Below, piece after piece: positions 16,530 through 30,699 of a stretch of DNA of 64,000 bases. Below the pieces are notes generated by a model, which was given only the letters and a program-made list of their open reading frames with translations, was not told the DNA's origin and searched no databases. The translations under genes were made by a program, and so were the position numbers. Position 1 is the first letter of the stretch; the number at the start of each line of letters is the position of its first letter. Source of the DNA: Eledone cirrhosa (taxonomy: Eukaryota); NCBI GenBank assembly GCA_964016885.1, contig OZ024741.1:261702001-261766000 (forward strand), read 5' to 3'.

Positions 16530-19522
16530 TAGTAGTAAAGTGTTCGTTGTTGTGATAATGGTTAGCAGGGATGTGTGTGCAAACCGCAGCCTGTTGACAG
16601 TTCAAATGCCTATTAAGACAAGTGTGTGTGTGAGTGTGTGTGTGTGTAGCAGAGTAATTCGTGGTAGAGGGATGGTCAGTAGGAAAGTGTCTGTAAGTGA
16701 GTGAGGATATTTTAACATGTTAAAAGATATTTTTCTGCTCTTGTCTTATACGGAGAAGTGTGTGTGTGTGTGTGTGTAGCAGAGTAATTCGTGGTAGAGG
16801 GATGATCAGTAGGAATGTGTCTGTAAGTGAGTGGGGGATATTTTAACATGTTAAAAGATATTTTTCAGCTCTTGTCTTATACGGAGAAGTGTGTGTGTGT
16901 GTATAAGTCTCTTTGTATGTTAATGTACGCGTGTGTATGTGTGTGTGTATATGTGTGTGTATGTGTGTGTGTGTGTGAGTGTGAGAGAGAATGTGTGTGT
17001 GTGTGTGTGGGTGGACCAGTATTTTTTTCCCTGGTAAAATGGTGTACATTATTCGATATTTTCAGTGAAATCGATTCTCTCAATAGAACATCAAAAACCT
17101 TAACAATAAAAGGTGTGAAATGATATTCACTATACATATATATATACATATATTCACTATATATATATATTTTTTTGTGTTGCACCATAGAACATGTGTG
17201 TTTACGTATGTCATTGTGTTTATATGTGGGTAGAGATGTGTGCTGATGTAGGTATGTATGTTGACGTGTGTATGTTGTGGGTTCGTCTTAGGGAGAAGTG
17301 TTTAGACGGGGTCCGTATTTGTTAATAAAGTAAGATTCCTTGCTGATGCGCTGGGTGTGGGTGGCATTATCTTTAAATTTGTAGAGGGGAAAGATTCTGA
17401 AGTGGGGATGATTTTGGGCGGCACAGGTATCAATGTGTTCACTCAGTGGTATTTTCCTGTATTACCGTATTTTAATTTGGGATCTATGGACAGTCATGTG
17501 TTGGCGGAGGCTGTTTTTGGTCTGGCTTATGTATTGTTCTCGACAAACTGAGCAAGTTAATACATATATTAGATTTTCTGATGCTCATGTGAAATTGTGT
17601 TTTACTATAAAACGTTGTCCTTCTTTGAAATAGAATTCCGAACCCTCTATTAGGTTGATGCAAATGCCACAGTTGGGTCTATCGCATTTTTTTTACTGCG
17701 GGTTTCGTTGTTGTGGTTGGCACTACTTTGGCATGTGTTAGGATGTTTTTTATTGACTTAGGTTGTCTTTTGCTCTTTATGATATCGTGTGTTCGTAGGA
17801 TTTGGTTCATTCTATGGTCCTTTTTCAACACAGGGATGTTCTGGAGGATGGTGTCAAAGGCCTCATTGTTGAGGGCGTTGTGTGTGGAGATGTATGGAAG
17901 AGCTTTTAGTTTCGGTTGATTTACTTTAGGGTGTCTAAGGTCCTGGGTACTGAGCTTTAGGGCACGTTGGATTCCATTGTCAATCCCTGCCTATGAGTGT
18001 GTCCTTTAGTTCTTGTAACCGTAAGTAGCAGGTGTTTTTATTGGAGACTATAGTACAGATTCTCTTGGCTAAGTTGTAGGGAATATTAATTTTAATGTGT
18101 CTAGGGTGGCAAGAGTTGAAAGGAAGATATTGCTTGGAGTCTGCGGGCTTGTAGTATATGTCTGTTTCTATTTTTCTGTTATGGATCTTAATGAGGATGT
18201 CGAGGAAGGGGAGTTGTTGATGGCTGTATTCCATCGTGAAGTTAATATTCGTGTTGAGCCCATTTATAAGGGTGTGAAATTCTTTAAGTTTCTCGACGTT
18301 TTCGTGCCAAAGGATGAAGCAGTCATCTAGATATCGCTTCCAGTTCCTTTCTATGTGTAAGTGGAGAGTGTTTCAAAATTTGTTTAGAACTTTAGTGTAG
18401 AGGGTGATTTCCAGGTATCCCATGACTAGGTTGGCATAAGTGGCGGCTGTTTTCGTTCCCATAGCGGTCCCAGATTTCTGCCTGTAGGGTTTGTTATTGA
18501 AAACGAAGTAATTGTTCTCCAAGATAAATTTGAGTCCCTCTATCACGAATTCTTTTTTGATGCGTTGTGGGAGTTCATTGTGGTAATTATCCAGCCAGAA
18601 TTGGATAGCTTCTATTCCTAGGTTGTGGGGGATGTTGGAGTATAGGTTGACTACATCGAACGTCACTAGTAGGGTTTGTTCAGAAAGTGGCATATTAGGG
18701 AGGTGATTGAGCATATCTAGGTCGTCCCTTATATAGCTTCTGATGTGTTTGAGAAAGGGCTTGAGAAGGGTATCAAAGTTGCTAAGGCGGTGGGTTTCGC
18801 AAGCGGGGCCTGCTATTATAGGTCTTAATTTGAGATCATTGGGTGCGGGGACATTGATGACTATGTCTGTGGCTTCCTTGCATGCCTTACTTATTAATTC
18901 GCTTTTATGTACTTTAGGGATACCGTAGAAAAGGCTGGATTTACTTGTGAAGTCTGTGATGAAGCTGAATTCCTTGTTAGTGAGTCCTTCTTTGTATTGG
19001 TTGATTAGAGTTTTTAGGTTTCTCATAATTTTCTGTTGATTGTAGTGTTCTGCCTTGCTGCGGTTCGCACACACATCCCTGCTCTCCATTATCACAACAA
19101 CGAACACTTTACTACTACTACTACACACACACACATACATATTTGTTGTGAAATAGTCATTTCTCAGTCTTGGCGCAAAATCAATTTTTTACATTCACAT
19201 GACCTCTACCGACCAATCAAAATTGTTTTGACCACAAGAATTTTTGCAACACGAGTTGGCGCAAAAACCAATTTTAATAGCGCTGGAGCCACTTTTTTAA
19301 CATAAAAACAGGTAGAATTCCCAAAACTAATCAGATCAGAGCAAATATCACGGACGCTCTATCTCAAAATTATTTTTGAAAAGCATTTAGAAATGCGCAA
19401 CCGGTAAAACTTAAAACCAAAACTGAATACTAACCAATACAATTACTAATTCTCATTTATTCCTAATTAAACTATTTTTCACTGTGAACAATTTGTCAGC
19501 ATTTTCTATTCCGTTTACCAAA
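16037..19522 (-). mobile_element. 5'-truncated PLE (Neptune-like) with inverted pLTR
   Basis: RT motifs YGIPKVHK, RPIIAG, FDVVNLY, GTAMG, RYLDD, PFLD and SCHP at 17980-19060. GIY-YIG remnant at about 17350-17700. 16037-16590 is an inverted copy of 19057-19522. Confidence 0.92.
19373..19409 (+). ncRNA. Variant hammerhead motif (U3-A8, A13C); identical copy on the minus strand at 16169-16205
   Basis: TTT-TTGAAAA-GCATTTagAAATGC-GCAA-CCGG-TA-AAA. Confidence 0.55.
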
Positions 19523-19919
19523 ATATAGTAACTTGTGTCTTACACCTCTATTCTTTTAACTATATATATATATAAATTGGTGGATTGTCTACGACAATGA
19601 TAACACATAGATCGCAGACCGTCCCTGAATTAAATATTTTTTCTGTTTATATTTTTTCTGTTTGTATATGCCATAATTATTCTAATTATCTGAAACTGAT
19701 GATGTCACCAGGATCTTACGTAACAAAGCCATTGAAATATATGCAATGTTTTTGCCACAATAAAATTTTAAAGGAACATCACCATTCCAACCTCCTGTTG
19801 TTTCAATGAAATCTATATATATATTCTAGACCACCCGTGTCACGTTGGGTCATGTTCACTTAAAAATAATTTTTAAATAATTAAAATATCCACAGACATG
19901 TATATAATGTGAAATGAAA

Positions 19920-20308
19920 CAGGGGCGAAGGGCGCGTGCATGCAACGGATGCAGTGCATGCGTTATTGAAGCTTGAGTTGATCAATTGCGTCAGTTGAAG
20001 CAAGCAGAATTTTGGCTGCTTACTAGATCGTAGACACATAAAAAGATAGCAAACACACACACACACAACCACACATACACACAAACACATCACAGCGTCG
20101 GTTGAAGCAAGCAGAATTTTGGCTGCTTGCTAAATCGTAGACACATAAACAGATAACACACACGCACACACTAGTTAACACTATATGCGACTTTGACCGG
20201 GAGGGTCATTTGGAGGGAATTGGGGGGCGGGGTAAGGCTGCACAGCCCCACTTTCCGCCATGGCGATTTGACTGCATGCCCTCCTTTCCAGCTTACCCTT
20301 CGCCACTG
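19920..20308 (-). mobile_element. hAT-like MITE, same family as 49099-49362, with an internal duplication
   Basis: Terminal inverted repeats CAGGGGCGAAGGG / CCCTTCGCCACTG; internal sequence matches the reverse complement of 49099-49362. Confidence 0.75.
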
Positions 20309-20780
20309 AAGTGTGTCTATGTATATATATAAATGTATATGTGTGTATATATATATATATGTATGTGTATGTGTATATATATGTGGGTGTCATAGACACA
20401 CACACACACATATATATGCACACACACTCACACTTTTATATATATATATATATATACACACACACAACACCACCAGGTCTCTCTCTCTCTCTCTATTCCA
20501 TTCTCCTCCTTTGTCTCCTTCCTCGCTCTCTATGTCTCTATTTCAATTTACTCTCTCACAACCACTATCTCTCTCTCTGTTTATGAAGGTACCCGGAAAA
20601 CCCCATATCTCTGAAGCCCATGCTCCTATTTACGTGAAACTTGTTTTATTCCATTTGTATTCCCATTTCAGGGTCAACTTTCTTTTATAATATTTTCCCA
20701 TTATGCGCCCTTTTGGCTGTATTACATTACAGGCAAACAAGCAAGCAAGCAAGCAATCACAGAGGTTTAGTTGTATATAG

Positions 20781-20881
<101 letters not shown>

Positions 20882-21139
20882 CGCGCGTGTGTGTGTGTGT
20901 GTGTGTGTGTGAAAACCTACTCTGGGATATACATACAGTTATATGGATTAACAACCATAGGCCCTTAACTGACCACGAATAGCAAGTTTATGCCAGGACC
21001 GATGATAAAGATTACAGTAAATTGAAACCAATAGGCAGAACGAATAATGTCAACGGGGCACATAATACGATTAAAAGAACAGGGATAATTATTTTGTATA
21101 TAAAGATGAGAAGGAAATTTAAATTAATCAGGTTCAAGT

Positions 21140-21660
21140 GTATCATAAAAGAGTGAAAGGTTCTATGTGGGCAAGAATGTACAATTTCATATCTAGAGTT
21201 AAGGAGATTAATTTTAGAGGTAACTATTTCTAATGCTTCTGTCAATCAAAGCTTACATTTAGTTCTACCTCCACTATAGAACTTTGCTGAATTAATAATA
21301 CTTCATCTGAAAGAGTACTGAAAAATTTTTCATAATTGAATGAGTGTATATGCTTATAGTATTTTGCTTTAAATTTATTGGTGGTAGCTCCGTTTTAATT
21401 AAATGATTTATTATTAGTTAGAACCTCACCTGTATACTTTATATTACTTCTAAAGCATTCACTTCTAAGGGGTCATGCTTCTGCAATTCTACAGTTACAA
21501 TTATTAGCAGACTTTTAACGTGCTTCATATATTTATTATTATCACCATTATAGTTAGCAGTGCTTTTGTTCCTATTACCTACGATTTCAGGCTGGCTTAG
21601 TATGGGAGCTTTTCTTTTTTTAGTTCATATAAGTCCATTTTCTCATAATTATTCATATCT
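21140..21660 (-). mobile_element. PLE GIY-YIG 3' fragment
   Basis: CNCR..CP, C.LCLTEALEI..LLN...SCPH motifs in disrupted frames. Confidence 0.75.
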
Positions 21661-22040
21661 AAGTCTAAAGACTGGCTCCTGATATTTCCACTAAATCGAA
21701 TGTATTAGAAGTGTGTGTGTGTGTGTGGGTGGGTGTGTGTGTGTTGTGTTTGTGTATAGATGTATATGTATGTATATGTATATATGTATATGTATATATA
21801 TATGTATATGTATATATGTATATGTATATACATATATATATGTATAAGTATATATATAGGTGTATATGTATATACATATATATATGTATAAGTATATATA
21901 TATATGTGTACATGTATATATGTATATATATATGTATATGTATATACATATGAATATATATACACATATTAATATGTATATACATATGAATGTGTATATA
22001 CATATATAGATATATCTATATATATATACATATATATATA

Positions 22041-22118
<78 letters not shown>

Positions 22119-22123
<5 letters not shown>

Positions 22124-22370
22124 ATACTTTGGGAGGTCATGTTGCCAATAAGAAACACACGCACCAGTTGCTTTCACTTCAATTTATTATATATTTATAA
22201 ATTTATAAAGTTATAAATTTCTGGTTGGTTGGTTGGTTCCACAACCAGATAGTTGTTTATATATAGTCATATATTCTTATTGGCAACATGACCCTCCCAA
22301 AGTATAACAATATCGGTTTCAACACACGATTTCAGATAAAGAATCTTGCTAAACAAATTCAGAAACGAAA
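22119..22370. mobile_element. Short inverted-pLTR derivative of the 49468-53353 PLE family
   Basis: 22119-22270 matches 49468-49635 and 22275-22370 matches 53278-53375. Embedded in (TA)n; the HHR core is cut off. Confidence 0.85.
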
Positions 22371-22373
22371 TAT

Positions 22374-22399
<26 letters not shown>

Positions 22400-22404
<5 letters not shown>

Positions 22405-23536
22405 AAAGAGAAAACACAGGTAAGCATTAAGAGAAGGATTTTATCCAGGTATTTACGACCGTTTCATTGGTAAGTGCAACCTTATATTGCTATACTGCAA
22501 AATACACCCTGCAGTGGAAAAAATTATCGAACGTGCCCCATATCGGAGTGGTATGAGAAGCTGTCGATTATGCGACCTTGAGCTGTTCCACATCTTGAGT
22601 TCGAAGGATAAGTTACTCAACAATAAAGATCAATTTATTGTAACCATAGACTCAAAGAGAAGTTTTCGCACTACAAGTGCAAATCGAACCCTTAACCTCT
22701 TACTACCAACTGACAAACTGCATATACTTAGACTTTATACCCTCTTGTTGTATCTAAACCCTTTTAATTACCCACAAAAACCAATACCTATATCCTCCCC
22801 TTCTCCTTCATTCCACTTCTATTTCTTCGTTTTCTTCCTTCCTTCCCTCCCCTTCTTGGCTATCTTTTCTTTTCTTCTTTCTCCCCCTTCTTTTCTTTTA
22901 TTTTTATCATTATTATATTTATCTTTATTTTTTATATATATATTTATCTCTTTATATCCCCCCCCCTCTCTCTCTCTCTATCCATCCCTCCCACTATGAT
23001 CAATTTAATTCTCTTTAACTCACTACATTCCACGACATGAAGTCTGCTATCAAAACTGATCAAGGAATCCTTCCACCCCTCCCCCTCCATCCATCTCAGT
23101 TTGTCAGTCTACTTCCTAACTCTACCCCCTTCCTGTCTCTCTATACTATTCCGTTTGTCCCCTCACCTTCTGGATCCTCTCTATACTAGTAAATACAATT
23201 CCAAATAAATGTTTTTCTCTATATATTAAGAATTATTTCAAGAGTAACTTACTCACTATTTTGAAAATTTGGACTGTGAACAACAATTATAATTGAGTGG
23301 CTGCTATTTGCAGTATAGCAATATAAGGTTGCACTTACCAATGAAACGGTCGTAAATACCTGGATAAAATACTTCTGTTAATGCTTACCTGTGTTTTCTA
23401 TTTTATACTTTATACTCCAAGATTGAACTGAATTCTTACAAACTTGTGGAGTTACCCCTAACCATACGTTGAAACCGTCCATGAAACTGGCTTTCTTAAC
23501 CAGGAACTGGATCACAAAAAGCAATTTTCTGCTTCC

Positions 23537-23545
<9 letters not shown>
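22400..23545 (+). mobile_element. Truncated PLE: inverted pLTR piece, GIY-YIG C-terminus and 3' pLTR
   Basis: 22400-22500 is inverted relative to 23305-23405; encodes RAPYRSGMRSCRLCDLELFHIL. Confidence 0.8.
23256..23359 (+). ncRNA. Hammerhead motif, U3-A8 core, long stem II insert
   Basis: TATT-TTGAAAA-T-TTGG..CCAA-T-GAAA-CGGTCG-TA-AATA. Confidence 0.5.
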
Positions 23546-23583
<38 letters not shown>

Positions 23584-23628
23584 CATCATCACCGTTTTAC
23601 GTCCGTTCTTCCACGCTAGCATGGGTTA

Positions 23629-23668
<40 letters not shown>

Positions 23669-23825
23669 GGATACTATTTATGGTTATATATATATTAAAA
23701 CTTTTTATAGTTATGTATATTTTAAACCTTAAACAGTGAAGGGCAGTAATTGATTACTACCTTATTACCAGTAAGATAAATAGCTCAATGTAATAACATC
23801 AGTTGTTCTACAGAGCAGTTATATA

Positions 23826-26787
23826 GAATTCACAAGAATCAAAGCTATGTTCAAAGCATTTATTCTCTTACAATTGTTTCATCCAAACGTAGGCTTGGTG
23901 TCTTCGGAGCATTTTTCTATGTTTGTACATATAATTGACCTCCTTTCCAACGCAGGAGACATACAGATACATATATATATATATATATATATTGATGTAC
24001 AGTGGAGTGACATATATTATACTATACTATTTTTGTACAGCAATTCAAATTCAAAATGAAAATCAAAATCAAAATTAAAATAAAAATTAAAATTAAAATA
24101 CATTCGGCAGATAACACAGATAATGCAAGAGGATAGTTTGATACCATATTTAGCAAAAACTCACAATACTATAATCAGGCATTAGCTAGATCAGGCCATA
24201 ATAATGAGATCGAGTTCCTACCTATAAAAACACATAGTTACAACATTATTTCACACAATATGTCCATGAGGAAAAATAGTAATAAGAATAATAACCACAC
24301 ACACACTAGTACGAATGGTGGCAACAAACGTAACTCACACCAGGGAGGACACCAAAATACTATAAACGGAAACATCTCACCAGACATAAAAAACAAATAT
24401 AGAAGAAGAAATAATACATCCCCCCCCCTTCAATCTAAACATCTCTACCAACCTACCTAAGGCTTTCTTCTCACTCCTGGATAAGAACTTCCCATCTGGC
24501 CACATGTACCATAGTCTTATAAATAAAAACACCATTAAAATCTCCTACTCTACCACGCCTAACATAGCACACCACATAGCTAGTAGCAATAAAAGAAGAA
24601 TTAATACTTACTTCCAACAAACTAAAACACACCAGGGGGTAAACCTTCAAAACAACGTAATATCTGCAAACCCTCATATCAATAGTAATAATAGTAATAG
24701 CACTAGTGAAATCAATAACACTGGGAGCGACAACCCCCATAGCCATAATGCAATACCTATCAACCAGACTTCTACACAACATAATAACCGGCAGGTTAAC
24801 ATCCAAAATAATTGTAACTGTAGATCTAATAGAACCTGCCCTTTAGATACAAACTGCTTAATCAAGGACATCATATATTCAATGCACCGTCAGAACTAGC
24901 AACTCTTCTGAAACCTATATAGGCTCTACTTCGAACTGCTTCAAAACCAGATGCAATTCACACCTCCATTCTTTCAAAAAACACAGTCTAGCCAACTCCA
25001 CTTCACTATCTAGCTACACACACTATCTAAAACCTAGAAATAGATCTTATACACTTCAATGGGAAGTGGTAGGTAAGGCGGCATCGTACAGACCACCTAA
25101 TAAATTCTGTAACCTCTGTCTACTAGAGACCTATACTATAATCTTCTTAAACCTTAACCTCCTTAATAAAAAAAATCGGAGGTGTTTGCGTTGCGTCGTG
25201 CCAGCACCGCTTCCGGCACTCCTTCCAAAACTTAAACCCAATATATAACAATGTCAGACTTGAACCCATCACCACTTCTAACACTACACCTCAAGGGCAC
25301 ACCTTACACCACAACTCCACACTCTCTGATCCATCCTATCTCGACACAAATCATTCCATCTATCTATAACTTTTAATATAATTACTTTCAATTACTTATA
25401 ATTATATAATGATACAATACAGTCTATATAAACTTTAAATACTAGATACGGCAATGAATTATATATGCAATTGTAATTAAATGTATGGAGTGATAACATT
25501 GGATATATATAAGATTAATTTATTAACATAAGAGATCTGTCTAATTTATATGTAGGGTGCTACAATGAATTATGTATGAATTATATATGCAAGTATAACT
25601 TGATGGATAGATTAATGACATTGTAAATGAGGGATGTATTTGTCTGCTCTAGAGATGTATTTGGTTTTGCCATGCAAACAGCAATACGCTGCTCCATAAC
25701 TTACCAGGGGTTATGTAGACAAAATTCTAATAGGTCCCCTGATATGTTCTGAGAGTAGACTGCATTTACAGTGAACTTTGATATAAAGGTATGGCACTTT
25801 GTATGGAATATTCAATTGTAGCACTATATAATAGGGAGTATTCAACATAATATAGATACCTTTAGTACATCATGATAGAGTAGACTGTATTTAAAATTGA
25901 AAACTAGATATAAATATATAACCGTCTATATAAGGGACTCAATTGAAGCGCCTTATAATGTATGTTAGAACAATGAATTTAGTTATGTGAATCAGCTAGT
26001 TACCTCCCCTCACGCATTAACTCACCTTAATTACACACCTACTTCCGGGTAATAAACCACTGTAAATTCTCGCAGCAGAATCAACCTATTCTATAAATTT
26101 GGATTAAATAACATGGAGCCTCAATACGCTAAAATAATTTAATTTAATGCATCAAACATTCAATACAGAATCATCGTTACTTATGTGATGGATGTAAAAA
26201 TCAATATCTTACTTTTTCTGAATGTGAAAATGGTGGTGGATACGAAAACTATAACTTTCCCTTGCTTCTTCTTTTTCTTTTTATTTTTCTGCACACATAC
26301 TTGTTTGATCTATACAAAAAATACCTTACCACTACAACCACCATAATACTCTTGCTTACCCGCTTAAAGTGCTTGCATTACATCTAACACCCTGCCACAC
26401 AATAATCGTAAACAAATGAGACCAATTTGCATGCTCCATGTGTAACTAACGCATACTCTACCTACTAGGTCTGACTATCAAACTATCCTCTTGAATTATC
26501 TGTGTTATCTGCCGAATGTATTTTAATTTTTATTTTTATTTTTATTTTAATTTTAATTTTTATTTTAATTTTGAATTTGAATTGCTGTACAAAAATAGTA
26601 TAGTATAATATATGTCACTCCACTGTACATCAATATATACATATGTATCTGTATGTCTCTTGCGTTGGAAAGGGGGTCAATTATATGTACAAACATTGAA
26701 AAATACTCCGAAGACACCAAGCCTAGGTTTGGATGAAACAATTGTAAGTGAATAAATGCTTTGTACATAGCTTTGATTCTTGTGAAT

Positions 26788-26790
<3 letters not shown>
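23826..26790 (+). mobile_element. 5'-truncated PLE with inverted pLTR
   Basis: 23826-24150 is inverted relative to 26478-26790. Centre encodes YNQALARSG, IKISYSTTPN, CNCRSNRTCPL, TYIGST and CNLCLLE. Confidence 0.88.
26705..26749 (+). ncRNA. Variant hammerhead motif (U4C); inverted copy at about 23866-23911
   Basis: ACT-CCGAAGA-CA-CCAAGCctagGTTTGG-AT-GAAA-CAATTG-TA-AGT. Confidence 0.6.
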
Positions 26791-26821
<31 letters not shown>

Positions 26822-27058
26822 GAGAGAGAGAGGGGGGGGGGGAGAGGAGAGAGAGTATAGTAGTGATCAAATATCATTAGGAGAAATTGAAAACTATATC
26901 AACATGAAATGGATTTTGACTCAACAGTTGGAAGATTCATCAAGTCTTTCCGGAGTTTAACTGTGGGTACAATGAAGGTAATACCAGGAGTGTTTATACA
27001 TAAGTAACATGAATATGACAACATTGCAGTTAGAGGATCAACATTTATTATGAAATTG

Positions 27059-27090
<32 letters not shown>

Positions 27091-27204
27091 TGTGTGTGCA
27101 TTAGGTTATGTTTCAGATAAACAAGAATTATATGTATATATGTGCGTGTGTTGGATAATCGATTTGGCCCCTTCTGCAGTCGTGTATTTTGGATTTTGTG
27201 ATAA

Positions 27205-27400
27205 TACAATAATTGTTTCTACTTTTGGCACAAGGCCAGCAATTATCCCAGTACGTTACCGGTACTTTATTTTACCGACCAGCTAAGGATAAAAGGCAAA
27301 GTTAACCTGGGCGGGATTTGAACTCAGCACATAAAGGGGCGTAACTCTATGCTGCAAAGCATGGCGTCCGACCCTCTACCGATACTGCCAATCCACTGTG
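27205..27400 (-). mobile_element. tRNA-derived SINE with Nin/Deu-like core; other copies at about 39808, 47093, 55255, 61060, 61265, 63695, 63960
   Basis: tggcagtatcggtag A box, gagttcaaatccc B box, gcctttcatcct..ggggtcgataaaataaagtaccag core. Confidence 0.85.
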
Positions 27401-27609
27401 ATAATACAATAATAATTGTAATAATAATGATAATAGTTATATTATTATGTTATCACATGAATTCTGATATGCGTGTGGCTATGACACGCATCTCCCAAAG
27501 CTTACTTAACTTTAAAAATCATTAAACACTCGACTCCAATTGCATTACCAGCTTCCTTTTCCTATATTTTTACCGGTTTGTGGCATAGAAAAATATTTTC
27601 TCATGAATT

Positions 27610-27645
<36 letters not shown>

Positions 27646-27656
27646 TGTGTGAAAGC

Positions 27657-27746
<90 letters not shown>

Positions 27747-27749
27747 TCA

Positions 27750-29650
27750 GTGAGAGTGAAGTGGAGTTCTGCGACGTCGATACAGACGAACTGGGCCCCT
27801 ACTTAGACTTAACTATGACACCGACTACTTAGACAGCCATGACCTTAGCCGTTTTAGCCCCAGTAGACCATAAGAGGTAGACCCCCCCCCCACCATAACC
27901 TCAATGGCAAAAAAGTCTCCCATGGGAAGGTGTATTGGGCAGACCAAAGCCATACGGACCCCCCAAAACAATGATCAGGTAAGAAAAATGGTCGCGCATG
28001 CAATAAGGACTAGTATTAAAACTACCCTAAAGGGCCACATATTCAAATTCAACAAGAAGATCTACACCCAAAATGAGGGAGCAGCCATTGGCGTGGGCAT
28101 AGCTTGTGACGTTGCCAGAATTTGTATGGTATGGTGGGAAAGGAGACTCAAAAATCTCCTTGATGAGAGCTCCATAGACCTTATCACGTACTCTCGTTAC
28201 GTACACAACATTAATATAGTAATAAAGACACCCCCACAAGAGAGTACTAACAAGTATGATTTAGAATGTAGCACAATGGAAAGCATCCAGCAGATAGCTA
28301 ATTCCATACGCCAGAGTACAACTGTAACTATCGACTACACTTCCAAACATCCTAACAGTAGACTACCTATATTAGACACGGAACTCTGGATTAACACTAT
28401 AGATGAGAGGGCCCACATTCTCCACTCACACTACGCTAAATACATGGCCTCCAAATATCTGATACTCAAAAACTCAGCAATGTCCATTAGTGCTAAGTTA
28501 AATATTCTGATCGCAGACTTGGTACGAGTGATGAAGAACATGTCCCACATATGCGACCCAACAGAAATGGAATGACACATCCAACACTTCATCAACCGCA
28601 TGGAGTTCTCTGGCTACAACCAAAGAGACAGAATCAGAGCATACGAAGGAATCACGGAGAAGTATAAGACCCTCATAGAACTGGACATGAAAGGAATTTG
28701 CCCATTATACAGGATCAAATCATGGAATAGCTTAGATAGAACTAAACATAAGATAGGGAAAGCCACCTCATGGTACGACAACCAGAGTATCATGTTCGTG
28801 GACATTAGCTAACCAGTGTAGAAAGACCCTGAGAAAGACCCACTTAAAGATTAAAGTGGTAGAAAAGCCAGGAACTACCATAAAATCCCTGATCATCAAA
28901 ACATACCCTTTTAAGAAAACCCACTGTACTAATAGGAAATATATTATATGTAACCCCCCGGATGAACTGTAAAACTAGAAACGTAGTCTATAGCATAAGA
29001 TGTACAGAGGCTACTTGCAGAAACATGAAAACAACATACATAGGCGAGACAGCTCGTAGCATAGGTGAAAGGATAGACCAAAACTGGGGGGAACTAAAAG
29101 GACGAAAAAACGGTTCAGTACTATACGAACACGCCAGATAACAGCATGATGGTAACATAGACAACATAGAAATTAAAATAATATCTAAACATAGATATGA
29201 CCCAGCAGATAGGCAAATCAGAGAGGCAAGTGAAATAGAACTTAGAAGGCCAAAGCTAAACAGAAAAAATGAATGGAATAACAACACTCAAACAAACAAC
29301 ACTGACTTATAAATATAAATAAATAAATAAATATATACACAAGCACAATAACACCAAACACATATAAGCATACACTAGTAAACTAAGATAGAATACAATA
29401 ACCAAAACACAGTCACACAAACGCGAACACACACCAAACATTATACAGACGCGCAAACACATGCGCAGAGAAGAAGACAAAAACAAATAAACAAACAGAT
29501 AAAATGAAGATGGCGTAGATATACAATACGACAGGAGGAACATAATAGGACCACTGACGATGTTGCAGATGTGCAACGAAAGAACTTTGTTAGACTATAT
29601 ATATGTGTTTATATCTATAGTATATATGTATTTTTGACCATTGGTCAGTC
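27750..29650 (+). mobile_element. Decayed PLE of the same lineage as 49468-53353
   Basis: GAAIGVGIA, SRYVHNI (decayed YVDD), HPNSRLPILDTELW, VYSIRC..YIGETARS. Degenerate HHR CTGACGA-T-GTTGC..GCAAC-GAAA at 29549-29592. Confidence 0.9.
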
Positions 29651-29717
29651 AATGTTAACATTGAGGACGAATGAATTAACTGATATAAAAGATACAGAAG
29701 CAAAAACCAACCAAACA

Positions 29718-29762
<45 letters not shown>

Positions 29763-30349
29763 TTTATATGTATATATATGTATTTATATGTATATATATA
29801 TACACACGTATGTCAGGTCACCAGTTGGTGCTACTGGTAACATGTATCCCAGTACAACCTCTCTCATGGTCGGGTCGTTGACGACTAAACTGGCAACCCT
29901 ACCAGGGTTTCTTGGTGAGGAGGGTGACTTTGGACATCCTGCTGGACTAAAAACAAAACATGTCAAAGGGCACAGGAGCTCTTAAGAGTCAATGGCCATC
30001 CAAAATTACCTGCAACCCTGATGGTATCCAATGATGTTGACTTGTTCTTCTTTTTGGTAAATATCATCTTGGTTAAGAGAGTGGGACTGGCTTTGTGCAG
30101 TGCCTTTGCTCACTATAAAAGCTTCACGGCACAGGCATTGCTTTATATCTGGAGATCTCTCTGCACTTGTCATCACATGGTACCATGGGCCCAGCACTAT
30201 GTGTCAATAATTGTCACAAGTGTAGTGTTTGTACCAGAGTTTTCAAGTCGCTGGCTGGACTAAAAAGTCACACTCGTTCAGCGCATCAGTAGGGGTTCTC
30301 CTACATGGATATAAAGTAGTGGCCGTACTCGAAAACGAGTTAGCAGCCA

Positions 30350-30412
<63 letters not shown>

Positions 30413-30505
30413 TATATATATATACATACATATAAATATATATATACATACATATATTTACATACATATATTTATATGTATGTATATATATGTATGTGTA
30501 TATAT

Positions 30506-30591
<86 letters not shown>

Positions 30592-30699
30592 GTATATATT
30601 GTATATATATATATATTCAAACAATATTAATAAAGGATAATTATATAATATATATAATATAATGTCATATATATGTAATCATATGATATATAATACATG

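Noticed and set aside
19690-19755. CTGATGA...GAAA hammerhead candidates here and near 37250-37335 and 900-958
   Set aside because: Stems or cores are too decayed to call.
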